DNA of 24,000 nt from Candidatus Geothermarchaeota archaeon (GCA_015523545.1 WAKB01000010.1:79554-103553); one strand, 5' to 3'. Shown: positions 1-8,601, counted from the first letter of the stretch. Notes: generated from the sequence alone by a model not told the origin. Numbers and translations are program-made.

Positions 1-174
1 ATCACCACCTATTGCAGGCTCCGCTATCGATACATATACATATCTCAGGCTACGTCTAACTATGAAGAAGGGTAGCCCACTCTTCAGGAGCTTATACCTA
101 AGCCTGTAGTTGGTCCTCCTCTCCCTCAAACGCCTAAACTTAACTACATAGTTAGGACCCTTAGCCCCAGGCAT
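1..174 (-). CDS. rpl18: 50S ribosomal protein L18 (uL18), N-terminal part; the gene continues past the window start
   Basis: Not in the ORF track. Hand translation of the minus strand from ATG 174..172 gives MPGAKGPNYVVKFRRLRERRTNYRLRYKLLKSGLPFFIVRRSLRYVYVSIAEPAIGGD with no stop down to position 1. This is the basic RR..R..TNY..R..LL.S..P..VVR.S pattern of the archaeal uL18 N-terminus. The ATG lies 2 nt after the L19e stop, the conserved L19e-L18 order. Confidence 0.75.
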   Translation of the reverse strand, partial: MPGAKGPNYVVKFRRLRERRTNYRLRYKLLKSGLPFFIVRRSLRYVYVSIAEPAIGGD

Positions 175-176
175 AC

Positions 177-608
177 CTACTCACCCCTAACCCTCCAAAT
201 ATGCTCCTTAATATACTCCAGGAGATGGGCCTTACTCCTAAACATCCCGCCCTTGACACGCATATACAGTGTGCGGTACTCCCTCCTAGTGATCAACCCC
301 TTATCCCTTAGATACCTGAGCAGCTTCCTCTGAGCACGCACCCTCTCTATCCAGAGCCTCTTCCTAGGCGCCCTAGCAGTCTTCTTACCCTTCTTACTAC
401 CATATCCACGCTTCCTCTTCTCCACCACATGTTTCTGCCCCTTAACCGGCTTGACCTTTACTATACCCCTCCTCAGCAGTATCCTTACATCCTCCCTAGT
501 ATCTATGTCGAGAACCTCATCAGCATTCTCAGGGTCTATCCAGACCCTGTCCACACCCACGCCTAGATACCTAGCTATAAGCTCCCTCTTACTCCTCAGG
601 TTAGGCAT
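177..608 (-). CDS. rpl19e: 50S ribosomal protein L19e
   Basis: 143-aa ORF with an ATG start (608). It has the typical eL19 sequence (LRSKRELIARYLGVG..VWIDP, KGRRKGYGSRKG-like basic core) and the position L32e-L19e-L18. Confidence 0.95.
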   Translation of the reverse strand: MPNLRSKRELIARYLGVGVDRVWIDPENADEVLDIDTREDVRILLRRGIVKVKPVKGQKHVVEKRKRGYGSKKGKKTARAPRKRLWIERVRAQRKLLRYLRDKGLITRREYRTLYMRVKGGMFRSKAHLLEYIKEHIWRVRGE

Positions 609-612
609 GGCC

Positions 613-1017
613 CTACAACCTCCTATTCAAAACCACAATACCTAGAGAATCCGCCTTGGCTATTATCTCCATCCTCTTCTTCCTACCTACGGAGCCAGCT
701 ATCCTGACGGCCTGCCTCTCAGGATCCACCTTATCCAGATCGTCCGGATTATATACCAATACCTCCTCAAAGCCCGTGGGGTGGCGCCCCCTTACAAGCC
801 TAGGCCCCCTATAGCCTATCGAGACTAGGGGCGGCTTACCCTTCTTCTTTAGACGCATCTTACTGTCTATACCACGTGGCCTACGCCAGCTCTTCTTCAC
901 ACGTACATATCGCCAGCTCTCCTGCCTGATAAACTCAGGCCTCGACCTATTCATCTCATTCCTAAGCTCGAGAAGCCTCCTTTCCTCCTCGGTAAGTCTA
1001 GGCCTCTTCCTAACCAT
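613..1017 (-). CDS. rpl32e: 50S ribosomal protein L32e
   Basis: The eL32 core is present (FIRQESWRYVRVKKSWRRPRGIDSKMR). I chose ATG 1017 (MVRKRPRLTEEE..., 134 aa): GGTGTTGGTG precedes it and it overlaps the L6 stop by 8 nt. The track ORF extends to 1119 inside L6. Confidence 0.9.
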   Translation of the reverse strand: MVRKRPRLTEEERRLLELRNEMNRSRPEFIRQESWRYVRVKKSWRRPRGIDSKMRLKKKGKPPLVSIGYRGPRLVRGRHPTGFEEVLVYNPDDLDKVDPERQAVRIAGSVGRKKRMEIIAKADSLGIVVLNRRL

Positions 1018-1570
1018 CACCAACACCCTTCTCATATAGGTATATCCCGTCCAAGAATACACGGGGATCCTTATTCTTAATCTTAGTGGCCTGCATGATA
1101 TTAGCCGCTGTCTGCCCAACAGCCTCCTTATCGATGCCTGTAACTACGAGGTCTATATCCCCACCCTTCTTTACAACATCCACCTTGACACCTGGGAGTA
1201 TCCTAGCCTTCCTAAGCCCCCTCTCACCCACAAAGTTCTTGATAACCACGTAATCACCATCGACGTAGACGTCTATCGGGAAGTGGATGTAGTAGGCCTT
1301 CAGCTTATAGACATAGCCCTTAGTCACACCTGTAAACATGTTCTTTAGATGACTAAGGATCGTGTTTAGCAGGGCGAAGCCCCTCTTCCCCTTCCACCTA
1401 ACCTCCACAACAACCCTTCCATCCTCTAGGCTCAGGTATGCAGGAGTCTTCGAGAAGTCCTTCTCAACACTTCCCTTAGGCCCACGTACAATAACCTTCT
1501 TACCATCCACAACCTCAACCTCTATCCCCTCAGGTATCTCTATAGAATCCCTATGTATCTTCTCCGCCAT
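1010..1570 (-). CDS. rpl6: 50S ribosomal protein L6 (uL6)
   Basis: A uL6-like two-domain sequence (IEIPEGIEVEVVDGKKVIVRGPKG...). ATG 1570 is preceded by GGAGGTG at 7 nt and lies 14 nt after the S8 stop. The track start at 1627 overlaps S8. Confidence 0.93.
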   Translation of the reverse strand: MAEKIHRDSIEIPEGIEVEVVDGKKVIVRGPKGSVEKDFSKTPAYLSLEDGRVVVEVRWKGKRGFALLNTILSHLKNMFTGVTKGYVYKLKAYYIHFPIDVYVDGDYVVIKNFVGERGLRKARILPGVKVDVVKKGGDIDLVVTGIDKEAVGQTAANIMQATKIKNKDPRVFLDGIYLYEKGVGDG

Positions 1571-1583
1571 CCCAGCCACCTCC

Positions 1584-1976
1584 TCAGTATACATATGCCA
1601 CCAACACTCCACCAATACCCTTCTCAAGACACTCGTTATGAGTCATCACGCCCTGGGGGGTCGAGATTATGAGTATCCCAATATCCCTCGACGGTAGGAA
1701 CTGCTTCACATATTCAGGTATCTCATCCTTACTGACCGGGAAGCGCGGCTTGATCGCCTTACAGTCGTTGATATAGCCGTTCAGGAGTATACGTATCTTA
1801 TTTCCACGGCCATCCTCAATCAGCTGGAAATCCTCAATATACCCCTCCCTCTTGAGTAGCTTAAGTATCTCGAGGGCGAACTTTGAGGCTGGATATATAA
1901 CCACCTCCTTCTTCCTAACAGCCTCCGCATTCTTGATCGCCGACATCATGTTACTGATTATATCTAGCTGCACCAT
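1584..1976 (-). CDS. rps8: 30S ribosomal protein S8 (uS8)
   Basis: 130 aa, ATG 1976. The uS8 signature is present (DIISNMMSAIKNA....ISTPQGVMTHNECLEKGIGGVLVAYVY), GGTGGTG lies upstream, and the S14-S8-L6 order is kept. Confidence 0.95.
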   Translation of the reverse strand: MVQLDIISNMMSAIKNAEAVRKKEVVIYPASKFALEILKLLKREGYIEDFQLIEDGRGNKIRILLNGYINDCKAIKPRFPVSKDEIPEYVKQFLPSRDIGILIISTPQGVMTHNECLEKGIGGVLVAYVY

Positions 1977-1988
1977 CTCGGCACCACC

Positions 1989-2147
1989 CTACATATACTT
2001 CTTGAAGCCGAGCTCGTATGCAACCTCCCTAAAACATCTCCGACACAGCATCAATTTATACTTCTGGATAACCGCTACATGAGTCCCACATCTTATACAT
2101 CTCCTACTACCCTTCCCATACCTCCTCTCAACGTGTTTTACCCCCAT
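1989..2147 (-). CDS. rps14: 30S ribosomal protein S14 (uS14, zinc-binding type Z)
   Basis: Missing from the ORF track (under 60 aa). Hand translation gives [52 protein letters not shown] (52 aa) with CxxC...CxxC. Its ATG overlaps the L5 TGA by 1 nt (TGATG), and it sits in the canonical L5-S14-S8 slot. Confidence 0.9.
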   Translation of the reverse strand: MGVKHVERRYGKGSRRCIRCGTHVAVIQKYKLMLCRRCFREVAYELGFKKYM

Positions 2148-2701
2148 CACTCAACCACCTCCACTCCGAACCGGCTACGCATAAACTCTATGGCCTCCTC
2201 CCTAGTAACTATATTCCTCTTACCCAGCCTAGACCGCCTATACCTCCTAAGCTTAACCCTATAGCCAGGCTTAACGAGATGAACAATCACATCCATACCA
2301 AATACCCCGATCTCAGGGTCATACTTCACGCCTGGAAGCATCAGATGCTCCTTTATCCCAAAGGCCACGTTACCCATCCCATCGAATGATGACGCCTTGA
2401 CCTTATTATCAACGGCCTCTAATGCTCTCCTCAGAAACTCCTCCGCCTCCTCACCCCTAAGGGTAACCATGGTCGATATAGGCTGCTTCCTACTGATCCC
2501 AAATGCCTTGATGGTCTTCTTAGCCCTCCTAACGACTGGCTTCCTACCAGTCAAGATCTCGAGGAGCTTAACAGCCTTCTGGAGACGCTCCCAGTCACCA
2601 CCTACAGAGATATGTACGACGACCTTCTCCACACGTACCTCCTCCATCACATTCCTCTTCTTCTCTACACTACTCTCCACGGACACCCCAAACCACCTCA
2701 C
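2147..2701 (-). CDS. rpl5: 50S ribosomal protein L5 (uL5)
   Basis: uL5 core ([13 protein letters not shown]...[24 protein letters not shown]-like). The codon at 2701..2699 is GTG and overlaps the S4e TGA (GTGA). Keeping the N-terminal approx 18 aa preserves the N-x-M-x-x-V-R-V-x-K-V segment seen in other archaeal uL5. Alternative starts are GTG 2686, GTG 2680 and ATG 2647. Confidence 0.88.
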   Translation of the reverse strand: MRWFGVSVESSVEKKRNVMEEVRVEKVVVHISVGGDWERLQKAVKLLEILTGRKPVVRRAKKTIKAFGISRKQPISTMVTLRGEEAEEFLRRALEAVDNKVKASSFDGMGNVAFGIKEHLMLPGVKYDPEIGVFGMDVIVHLVKPGYRVKLRRYRRSRLGKRNIVTREEAIEFMRSRFGVEVVE

Positions 2702-3432
2702 GGAATGTTGATGTATGGTTTATCCCTACCAACAACGAATACATAGTCGAATATAGTCTCAAACTCTCCATACAGATCTGTAGCCAGCTTCACGAGCTTA
2801 GGCTTCAACGGGTCAGGCTTCCTAATACCCTTTATCTCACCGACAACCCCAATCTTACTACCACCGGTGACAAGGCCTAGGTATCCCTCTGAGAGGGGTA
2901 GGGTCTCCAAAACCTCCTTCTTAACAAGGTCATATATGATGGAGTCCCCCGGCCTCAGCTTAGCCAAGTCGGTCTCCGGCTCCACAAGGAAGTTCCTCCC
3001 ATCATGCATCGTGAGCTGTATCTTACCACCCTTAACCATTGTCTTTACCTTTATCCTTAGAGGCTTTATAGACGACTCCTCAGCCCCTATCTCCACCGGC
3101 TGGATGAGATACTTCTTCGCCGGTAGGATCCTATAGAACCTATTGACTGGTGTTAGCTCGATGACATCCATCAGGCCGGCCGGCCACTTATAATCTGTTA
3201 TGGGGCGGCCATCAATCTTAACATATCCCTTCCTGAGTATATACCTGACCTCACGTAGGTTCTTAGCTATGCCTAGGACATCCCTGAGGAGAATAGCCAA
3301 GGGGATAGACTTATCCGCTGGATGAGGCCCGGGAGACGCCTTAACAACCCACTTACCAGTCTTCCTAGGAACCCTATATGTAATTGGGGCGGCAAGCCTC
3401 TTGAGAGCCCTCCTACCACCCTTCCTAGCCAC
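2698..3432 (-). CDS. rps4e: 30S ribosomal protein S4e
   Basis: eS4 sequence throughout. GTG 3432..3430 yields the conserved N-terminus (M)ARKGGRRALKRLAAP, is preceded by GGAGGGTGGTG and overlaps the L24 stop by 8 nt. The track start, ATG 3468, would add 12 non-conserved residues and a 44-nt overlap. Confidence 0.88.
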   Translation of the reverse strand: MARKGGRRALKRLAAPITYRVPRKTGKWVVKASPGPHPADKSIPLAILLRDVLGIAKNLREVRYILRKGYVKIDGRPITDYKWPAGLMDVIELTPVNRFYRILPAKKYLIQPVEIGAEESSIKPLRIKVKTMVKGGKIQLTMHDGRNFLVEPETDLAKLRPGDSIIYDLVKKEVLETLPLSEGYLGLVTGGSKIGVVGEIKGIRKPDPLKPKLVKLATDLYGEFETIFDYVFVVGRDKPYINIP

Positions 3433-3799
3433 CTTCACCACCCTCCAGCTTCCTACGCCTCCACTCATCAGAGAGATCGATATCCACCAACATCACGTTG
3501 GAGTAGTGGATAGGGATGTTCACCCTATCACCACGGCTATTCTCCCTATATACGTTCTCGACATAAACCCTATACTTCTTCCTATCAACCCTGATCACCT
3601 TGCCCTCCACACCTTTATGGTCACCCCTCATTATCCTCACAGTGTCGCCGACCCTCACTGGGAAGGAGCGGCGGCCATACTTCTCCCTAAGCTCCGGGGA
3701 TAGGTGGACAGACATTATCTTGGCTCTCCTATGGCTAGGCGCGTTGAAGAATCGCTTCCTCTGCTTGGAAGGCTTCCTACTATACTGTTTACTAGCCAT
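3425..3799 (-). CDS. rpl24: 50S ribosomal protein L24 (uL24)
   Basis: KOW-type uL24 (VRVGDTVRIMRGDHKGVEGKVIRVD). The track M at 3808 is GTG. ATG 3799 (MASKQYSRKPSKQRK...) follows AGGTGGTG. Confidence 0.9.
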   Translation of the reverse strand: MASKQYSRKPSKQRKRFFNAPSHRRAKIMSVHLSPELREKYGRRSFPVRVGDTVRIMRGDHKGVEGKVIRVDRKKYRVYVENVYRENSRGDRVNIPIHYSNVMLVDIDLSDEWRRRKLEGGEGG

Positions 3800-3810
3800 A
3801 CACACCACCT

Positions 3811-4230
3811 TTAAACGATGATCGTAGCCATACTAGCTATACGGGACCAGAGATCAGCGGCTTCCTTGGCTATCGGCCCCTTTATCTCAGTTCCCATCGG
3901 GTTACCCTCAGGCGTTATCAGCACAGCAGCGTTATCCTCAAACATAACCCTCGTACCATCCGGCCTCCTAATCGGGAACTTCTGCCTAACCAGAACAGCG
4001 TCTAGAACCTGCTTCCTCAGCCTATAGGGGCCCTGATACACACTAACCTTGATATGATCCCCTACACAGGCAGCAGGCCTCTTCTTCAGCCTACCCTTAT
4101 ACCCAACCACCTGGATAACCTTAAGCTTCTTGGCACCACTATTGTCTGCACAGTTAACGATGCTCCCCACAGGGACTGCCCTCGTTATCCTCTGCCTCTT
4201 AACCAGCACCCCATAGAGTATCCTCCCCAT
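3811..4230 (-). CDS. rpl14: 50S ribosomal protein L14 (uL14)
   Basis: uL14 core (VGSIVNCADNSGAKKLKVIQVVGYKGR...). ATG 4230 is preceded by GAGGGTGATC, a near-perfect anti-SD complement. The track start at 4239 is a GTG overlapping the S17 stop. Confidence 0.92.
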   Translation of the reverse strand: MGRILYGVLVKRQRITRAVPVGSIVNCADNSGAKKLKVIQVVGYKGRLKKRPAACVGDHIKVSVYQGPYRLRKQVLDAVLVRQKFPIRRPDGTRVMFEDNAAVLITPEGNPMGTEIKGPIAKEAADLWSRIASMATIIV

Positions 4231-4235
4231 CACGA

Positions 4236-4580
4236 TCACCCTCGGCTCTTGTTATACACCACGACAAAAGATATAGTTTTACTTATCGGTCTACACTCCC
4301 CCGCGACCACCTCATCCCCCTCGAAGACATCTATACATGGGGGGACATATACTGTGATCCTACTCCTCCTACGCTCATACCTCCTATACTTCTTAACATA
4401 ATGGAGATATTCACGCATAATGACAGCTGCCTTATTCATCTTGGCGCTGACTACCTTACCCTCCAGCAATATACCCCTGACCTTAAGCGTCCCATGATAT
4501 GGACAGTTCGGATCGTTACACGTCTTCTTGGGCAGGGGGAAGCCTAGACCTGGGTCTCGAACCTTACTACCAGCCTTCAT
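4236..4580 (-). CDS. rps17: 30S ribosomal protein S17 (uS17)
   Basis: 114 aa. ATG 4580 overlaps the upstream stop (ATGA). uS17 pattern present (CNDPNCPYHGTLKVRGILLEGKVVSAKM...). Confidence 0.93.
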   Translation of the reverse strand: MKAGSKVRDPGLGFPLPKKTCNDPNCPYHGTLKVRGILLEGKVVSAKMNKAAVIMREYLHYVKKYRRYERRRSRITVYVPPCIDVFEGDEVVAGECRPISKTISFVVVYNKSRG

Positions 4581-4831
4581 AGCCTCCTCAACCTCCTTAT
4601 ATAGCTACCCTCAAACTCCGGGTATGACAAGATTCTATACGAACTATCCTCATAAACCTTTAGAACAAGATCCTTCTTAGGAATCTTCACAACCCTATTT
4701 CCAACCCTGATATGGAGGATGTTCTCCTGCTCAAGCAGGACCAGTCCTCTCAGCCCGGCCAGCCTCCTATCTGGGGACGTTAGTATCTCGACCTCCCTAC
4801 CTGTAAGCGTCTTCTCATACAACGTCTTCAT
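4577..4831 (-). CDS. rnp1: RNase P protein component 1 (Rpp29/Pop4 homologue)
   Basis: An 84-aa Sm-like barrel sequence (LAGLRGLVLLEQENILHIRVGNRVVKIPKKDLVLKV). It occupies the conserved archaeal slot between L29 and S17, with ATGA overlaps on both sides. Confidence 0.8.
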   Translation of the reverse strand: MKTLYEKTLTGREVEILTSPDRRLAGLRGLVLLEQENILHIRVGNRVVKIPKKDLVLKVYEDSSYRILSYPEFEGSYIRRLRRL

Positions 4832-5028
4832 AGCTTCACACCCCGCTCCCTAAGGATAGTTAATATCCTGGCCCTCTGCCGACGGATATACTTAACCCTA
4901 CCCGGCTTCTCCACCTGTCCACCAGAGGCTATAACCCTTCTAATCCTGAAGAGCTCCTCCTCCAGCTCCAACAGAATCTCTATCAACTCCTCGTTACTCT
5001 TCTCCCTCAACTCCTCCAGACTCTTCAT
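4828..5028 (-). CDS. rpl29: 50S ribosomal protein L29 (uL29)
   Basis: MKSLEELREKSNEELIEILLELEEELFRIRR is the typical uL29 helical hairpin. ATG 5028 is chosen because the track start at 5037 is GTG. The gene overlaps the S3 3' end by 35 nt. Confidence 0.9.
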   Translation of the reverse strand: MKSLEELREKSNEELIEILLELEEELFRIRRVIASGGQVEKPGRVKYIRRQRARILTILRERGVKL

Positions 5029-5644
5029 CACCACCACCCTTTAGAGACTCGAGATACTCCTTCAAGGACTGCCTCATAATTGATACCTTGACACCGATTA
5101 TACCATATTTGGTTAGGACCGGCCTCTTAGCCGTCTCCACAAGCCTCTCGGCCAGCTCACCACTCTTCAGTATATCCCCTGACTTGAACTTCTGATAGGC
5201 TGCCCTGACAGTCCTAAGCTTACCAGATATGACGATTTCCGCAGCATATGCACCCGCATTCTTGATTACATTGATCGCCCAGATCCCGACCCTCCTGTAT
5301 CGAACCCCCCTAGTCAACTGCCTCTCTATCTGCCAGGCCATTATCCTAGGGTCGAGCTCCGGCTCCTCCACCTCCTGAACCGTGATATTTACATTCTTAT
5401 AGCCGAAGACCTCCTCGATCTTCTTAACAAGCTCCCTCACCCTGCTACCCCTACGGCCTATCACAAGGCTAGGCCTGGCTGCATAGATCGTTATCTTTGT
5501 GCCCAGCCCCTCCTTAGGCGATGCCACGACGGATACCCGTGAATATCCAGCGTTGACCAGCTCCTTAGCCAGCCACTCGTCTAGGAGCATGGCCTTCCTA
5601 TTCCTACTCAGTATCTGTTTAATACTATCCATACTCTTCTCCAT
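4994..5644 (-). CDS. rps3: 30S ribosomal protein S3 (uS3)
   Basis: KH-domain uS3 (LGTKITIYAARPSLVIGRRGSRVRELVKKIE) with an acidic and glycine-rich tail. ATG 5644 is chosen; GTG 5650 is possible. Confidence 0.93.
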   Translation of the reverse strand: MEKSMDSIKQILSRNRKAMLLDEWLAKELVNAGYSRVSVVASPKEGLGTKITIYAARPSLVIGRRGSRVRELVKKIEEVFGYKNVNITVQEVEEPELDPRIMAWQIERQLTRGVRYRRVGIWAINVIKNAGAYAAEIVISGKLRTVRAAYQKFKSGDILKSGELAERLVETAKRPVLTKYGIIGVKVSIMRQSLKEYLESLKGGGDEESGGVEGEE

Positions 5645-5654
5645 AGCCACCAGT

Positions 5655-6122
5655 CTACACCTCCTTAGCTACAATCTCCACATGGACAAGAGTATCGAAG
5701 TATGGGGAGGAGCGGCCGAAAGCCCGGGGGATATACTTCCTAATCTTCCTACCCCTATGGGCTGCGCAGTGAACTATCTTCAGCCTCTCAATATCTAGGT
5801 CATTATTCTCAGCGTTGTTAGCTAGGTTGTCGAGGAGCCTTAGGAAATACTTTGCCGCCTTAACAGGGTATCTACCCGCATACCACTTGTTTAACCCCCT
5901 CCTATGGGGAACCTTCTTCTTATACCTCTTGAAGGCCACCGGCCTCCTCATCGCGACGACATCCTCTAGGAAACGCCTAGCCTCCTCTAGATACATACCC
6001 TTGATCTCTCGGGCAATCTCCACAGCATGCTTAGGCGATATGGAAACCTCCCTTAAACTAGCCTTTACATATTTCTCCTTCTCCTCCTCCGGTATCCTGA
6101 AACTATATCCCCATGTGGGCAT
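5655..6122 (-). CDS. rpl22: 50S ribosomal protein L22 (uL22)
   Basis: 155 aa, ATG 6122. uL22 pattern present (SISPKHAVEIAREIKGMYLEEARRFLEDV...HVEIV). It is the first gene of this r-protein block. Confidence 0.93.
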   Translation of the reverse strand: MPTWGYSFRIPEEEKEKYVKASLREVSISPKHAVEIAREIKGMYLEEARRFLEDVVAMRRPVAFKRYKKKVPHRRGLNKWYAGRYPVKAAKYFLRLLDNLANNAENNDLDIERLKIVHCAAHRGRKIRKYIPRAFGRSSPYFDTLVHVEIVAKEV

Positions 6123-6133
6123 TTCCCCCTCGA

Positions 6134-6169
6134 CACCTCATATTATCTATTTTGAGAGGTCTAAATAAA
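6134..6169 (-). promoter_or_regulatory. Putative rpl22 operon promoter / 5' leader
   Basis: The minus strand reads TTTATTTA (6169..6162, 43 nt from the ATG) and ATAGATAATA (6150..6141, approx 23 nt from the ATG). A GAGGTG SD-like element lies at 6139..6134. I cannot tell from sequence which TATA is used. Confidence 0.35.
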
Positions 6170-6230
6170 GGAACAGAGGAGGATTATCCCGGGTCTGGAG
6201 CCATTGACAGGTGTGTAGAGACGTTGAGAC

Positions 6231-6788
6231 CTACTCCTCAGACTTCTCCTCAACGAAGTAGTCCTTCATGATCTTCCTCATCTCGGAGATGCAGTACTTG
6301 ATCGCGGCTATCAACTCGCTATTGTCATAGGGCATCAGAGTCTTCCCACAGACGGGGCATCTAAACATGTTCTCAGTAGCCTCGGAGAAGGTCAGCCTAC
6401 TATGGTTTGGATCCATACACCAGTAGAAGATGTTCTCCGTCTCATACCGGAGCTTCTCCTCCAGCCTATCGATTATATGTCTATACAGGCCCAGGACTAG
6501 GCCGTCCACCTGATCCAGTGGGAGCTGCCAGTAGAAGGTTATCCATCCAGTCTCATTCACAACTTTCTTTGAGACTATCAGACCCTCGCTCGCCAACACC
6601 CATATAACCCTCCTAACCTCGGCCTCGTCAGCCCCCACCTTCTCGGCAAGCTCGTCCTCCGTAAGCTCTCCATGCTCAGCCAAAACCTCGATTATCTTCC
6701 CCGCTAGGGGGCCCTTATACGCCTCCACAATCTTCTTATAGACATATACTGCCGAGTTCTTATCGTTCCACTCCTCCACCCACTCCAC
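6231..6788 (-). CDS. tfe: Transcription factor E, alpha subunit (TFIIE-alpha homologue)
   Basis: N-terminal winged helix (GKIIEVLAEHGELTEDELAEKVGADEAEVRRVIWVLASEGLIV) plus a C-terminal zinc-ribbon region (C..H...FRCPVCG). The start codon at 6788 is GTG, with no in-frame ATG before residue 125. Confidence 0.85.
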   Translation of the reverse strand: MEWVEEWNDKNSAVYVYKKIVEAYKGPLAGKIIEVLAEHGELTEDELAEKVGADEAEVRRVIWVLASEGLIVSKKVVNETGWITFYWQLPLDQVDGLVLGLYRHIIDRLEEKLRYETENIFYWCMDPNHSRLTFSEATENMFRCPVCGKTLMPYDNSELIAAIKYCISEMRKIMKDYFVEEKSEE

Positions 6789-6814
6789 CCAATAATCATC
6801 AGGCAGCCATGATT

Positions 6815-6824
6815 GATTAAATAG
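6815..6824 (-). promoter_or_regulatory. Putative TATA box for tfe
   Basis: The minus strand reads CTATTTAATC, centred approx 31 nt upstream of GTG 6788. This is consistent with a near-leaderless transcript. It lies in the 39-nt gap after the aTrm56 stop. Confidence 0.4.
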
Positions 6825-6827
6825 TGC

Positions 6828-7373
6828 CTATGCATCAGATCCTCCCGACCCAGGTCTGATGACCAGCTTACCCCTCTTCATCGGGACGATGGTGGGGGGA
6901 TATGGATCCACAGTATCCACCTCCCTCCCCTGGAAGTAGCGGTCCAGGAAGATTGCTAGGGCGGCGATCTCTGAATGGGGCTGCCACCCCACTGCGACGT
7001 TATAATCCGCCTCCTCGAAATATACCCGGGGCACCTTCTCACCACCCACAATGACGAGTACCTTCTCCCTCCTCAGTATAGAGTCCATCACATCGTTTAT
7101 ACCCACCCCATACATCGTCAGATGGACCGTGGCATAGCCCTGACCCGAATACCTCCTAAGGATCTCCAGGGGTCTATCGGTATATGTTATCCTGAAACCC
7201 CCGCCCCACCTCCCAACCACATCCCTTATCTTAGCCTCCAGCTCCGGATCCCTATCCCCAGAGTATATAAGCTCCTCAGCACCAAGGGCCCGTGCCGCCA
7301 GGGCTAGGTGGGTAGACGCCCTCTCATCCCTAGGCACCCTATGCCCCAGACGTAGAACGGAGGCCCTCCGCAT
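6828..7373 (-). CDS. trm56: tRNA (cytidine56-2'-O)-methyltransferase aTrm56 (SPOUT family)
   Basis: 181 aa, collinear with the remembered Pyrococcus aTrm56: VLRLGHR..RD.R..THLALAARALGA, RWGG.F, HLTMYG, VGGEKVP...EADYNVAVGWQPHSEIAALAIFLDR. ATG 7373 overlaps the HflX 3' end by 35 nt. Confidence 0.88.
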   Translation of the reverse strand: MRRASVLRLGHRVPRDERASTHLALAARALGAEELIYSGDRDPELEAKIRDVVGRWGGGFRITYTDRPLEILRRYSGQGYATVHLTMYGVGINDVMDSILRREKVLVIVGGEKVPRVYFEEADYNVAVGWQPHSEIAALAIFLDRYFQGREVDTVDPYPPTIVPMKRGKLVIRPGSGGSDA

Positions 7374-8601
7374 AGACCTTTACACCCTTATGGATAAGCT
7401 TGTCTATCACATGCTCTGGAAGCCTACCTCTAAAAACCATCCTATCCTCCAGCTCCTCGAAACCCCCGACACCCTCCTCCTTCACCATACCCACTATCTC
7501 GAAGAAGTCCCCCCTAGTATATGGGATCTCCACCCTCGTCTCCACACCAATCCCCAGAAGCTCCTCAGTCAGTCTAAGCAGTTTATCAACCCCCTCACCA
7601 GTAGCGGCCGAGATGAAGATAGATGGATGGCCCGTCGCATCGAACAGGCTCTTAACCGGTCTTAACGCCTCCCTATTGTTGATCTGATCCACCTTATTAC
7701 CCACAATTATTACCTTACCCTTGAAGCCGAGCTTGTCGAGGATATCCAGCGAGGTTTCCAGTTTGGCCGAGGCCTTATCCAACTCTTCGGAGACGTCCAC
7801 CACTAGATATACAATATCAGCCTCAGAAACCTCCTCCAATGTGGAGTAGAATGCGGATATAACGAATGGAGGCAGGTCCTGGATGAAGCCTATGGTGTCG
7901 ATGATATATGCCTTCCACAGACCTATCTTCAACAGTGAGTACTTCGTTGAGAGCGTGGTGAAGGGCTCATCACCAGTCTTCATAGACATCCCAGAGAGAT
8001 AGTTGAATAGCGTAGTCTTCCCCGAGCATGTATAGCCAGTTATCGCTATGGTCTTATACCCACGCCTCCTCCTCATACCCCTATGTACAGAGCGCTTCCT
8101 ACGCTCCTCCTCAAGCTTCCTCTTTATAGTCTGTATCCTCCTCTTAATCTCGAGGTAGTACTTATCAACCTCGTACTGGCCAGGACCCATGATTAGAGCT
8201 GGCTGCTCACCAGATTTGGCTAGGAGAACCTTCTCCCTAGCCCTAGCTAGCTCGTAGTTCAGACTAGCCAGCTTAATCTGGAGATCAGCCTCCTTAGACG
8301 GGCTATGCCTCCTGAATATCTCCAGGATCACCTCGACACGATCCCTCACCTGGACATTGACGTGTTTCCACAGGTTATACATATGCTTAGGCTTCAACTC
8401 CTTGTCGAAGAGAACCACCTCGGCCAGGCTACGCCTCACAGCCTCCCTTACCTCTTCAAGCTTTGCCTCGCTCAACCCACGTGGAGTGAGTCTACGTACA
8501 TATACTGTGTCGACGATCCTATAGCCAGCCTCCTCCGCCAAGACCCTAAACTCCCTAAAGTTATTCCTATCCGTCACGATGGCTACTGCCCTTATGAGCA
8601 T
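7339..8601 (-). CDS. hflX: GTPase HflX
   Basis: HflX N-terminal domain plus coiled linker plus G domain: P-loop GYTCSGKT, DTIGF, NKVD. ATG 8601 follows GGGTGGGTG immediately after the MBF1 stop. The track M at 8604 is GTG. Confidence 0.9.
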   Translation of the reverse strand: MLIRAVAIVTDRNNFREFRVLAEEAGYRIVDTVYVRRLTPRGLSEAKLEEVREAVRRSLAEVVLFDKELKPKHMYNLWKHVNVQVRDRVEVILEIFRRHSPSKEADLQIKLASLNYELARAREKVLLAKSGEQPALIMGPGQYEVDKYYLEIKRRIQTIKRKLEEERRKRSVHRGMRRRRGYKTIAITGYTCSGKTTLFNYLSGMSMKTGDEPFTTLSTKYSLLKIGLWKAYIIDTIGFIQDLPPFVISAFYSTLEEVSEADIVYLVVDVSEELDKASAKLETSLDILDKLGFKGKVIIVGNKVDQINNREALRPVKSLFDATGHPSIFISAATGEGVDKLLRLTEELLGIGVETRVEIPYTRGDFFEIVGMVKEEGVGGFEELEDRMVFRGRLPEHVIDKLIHKGVKVYAEGLRSTSGA

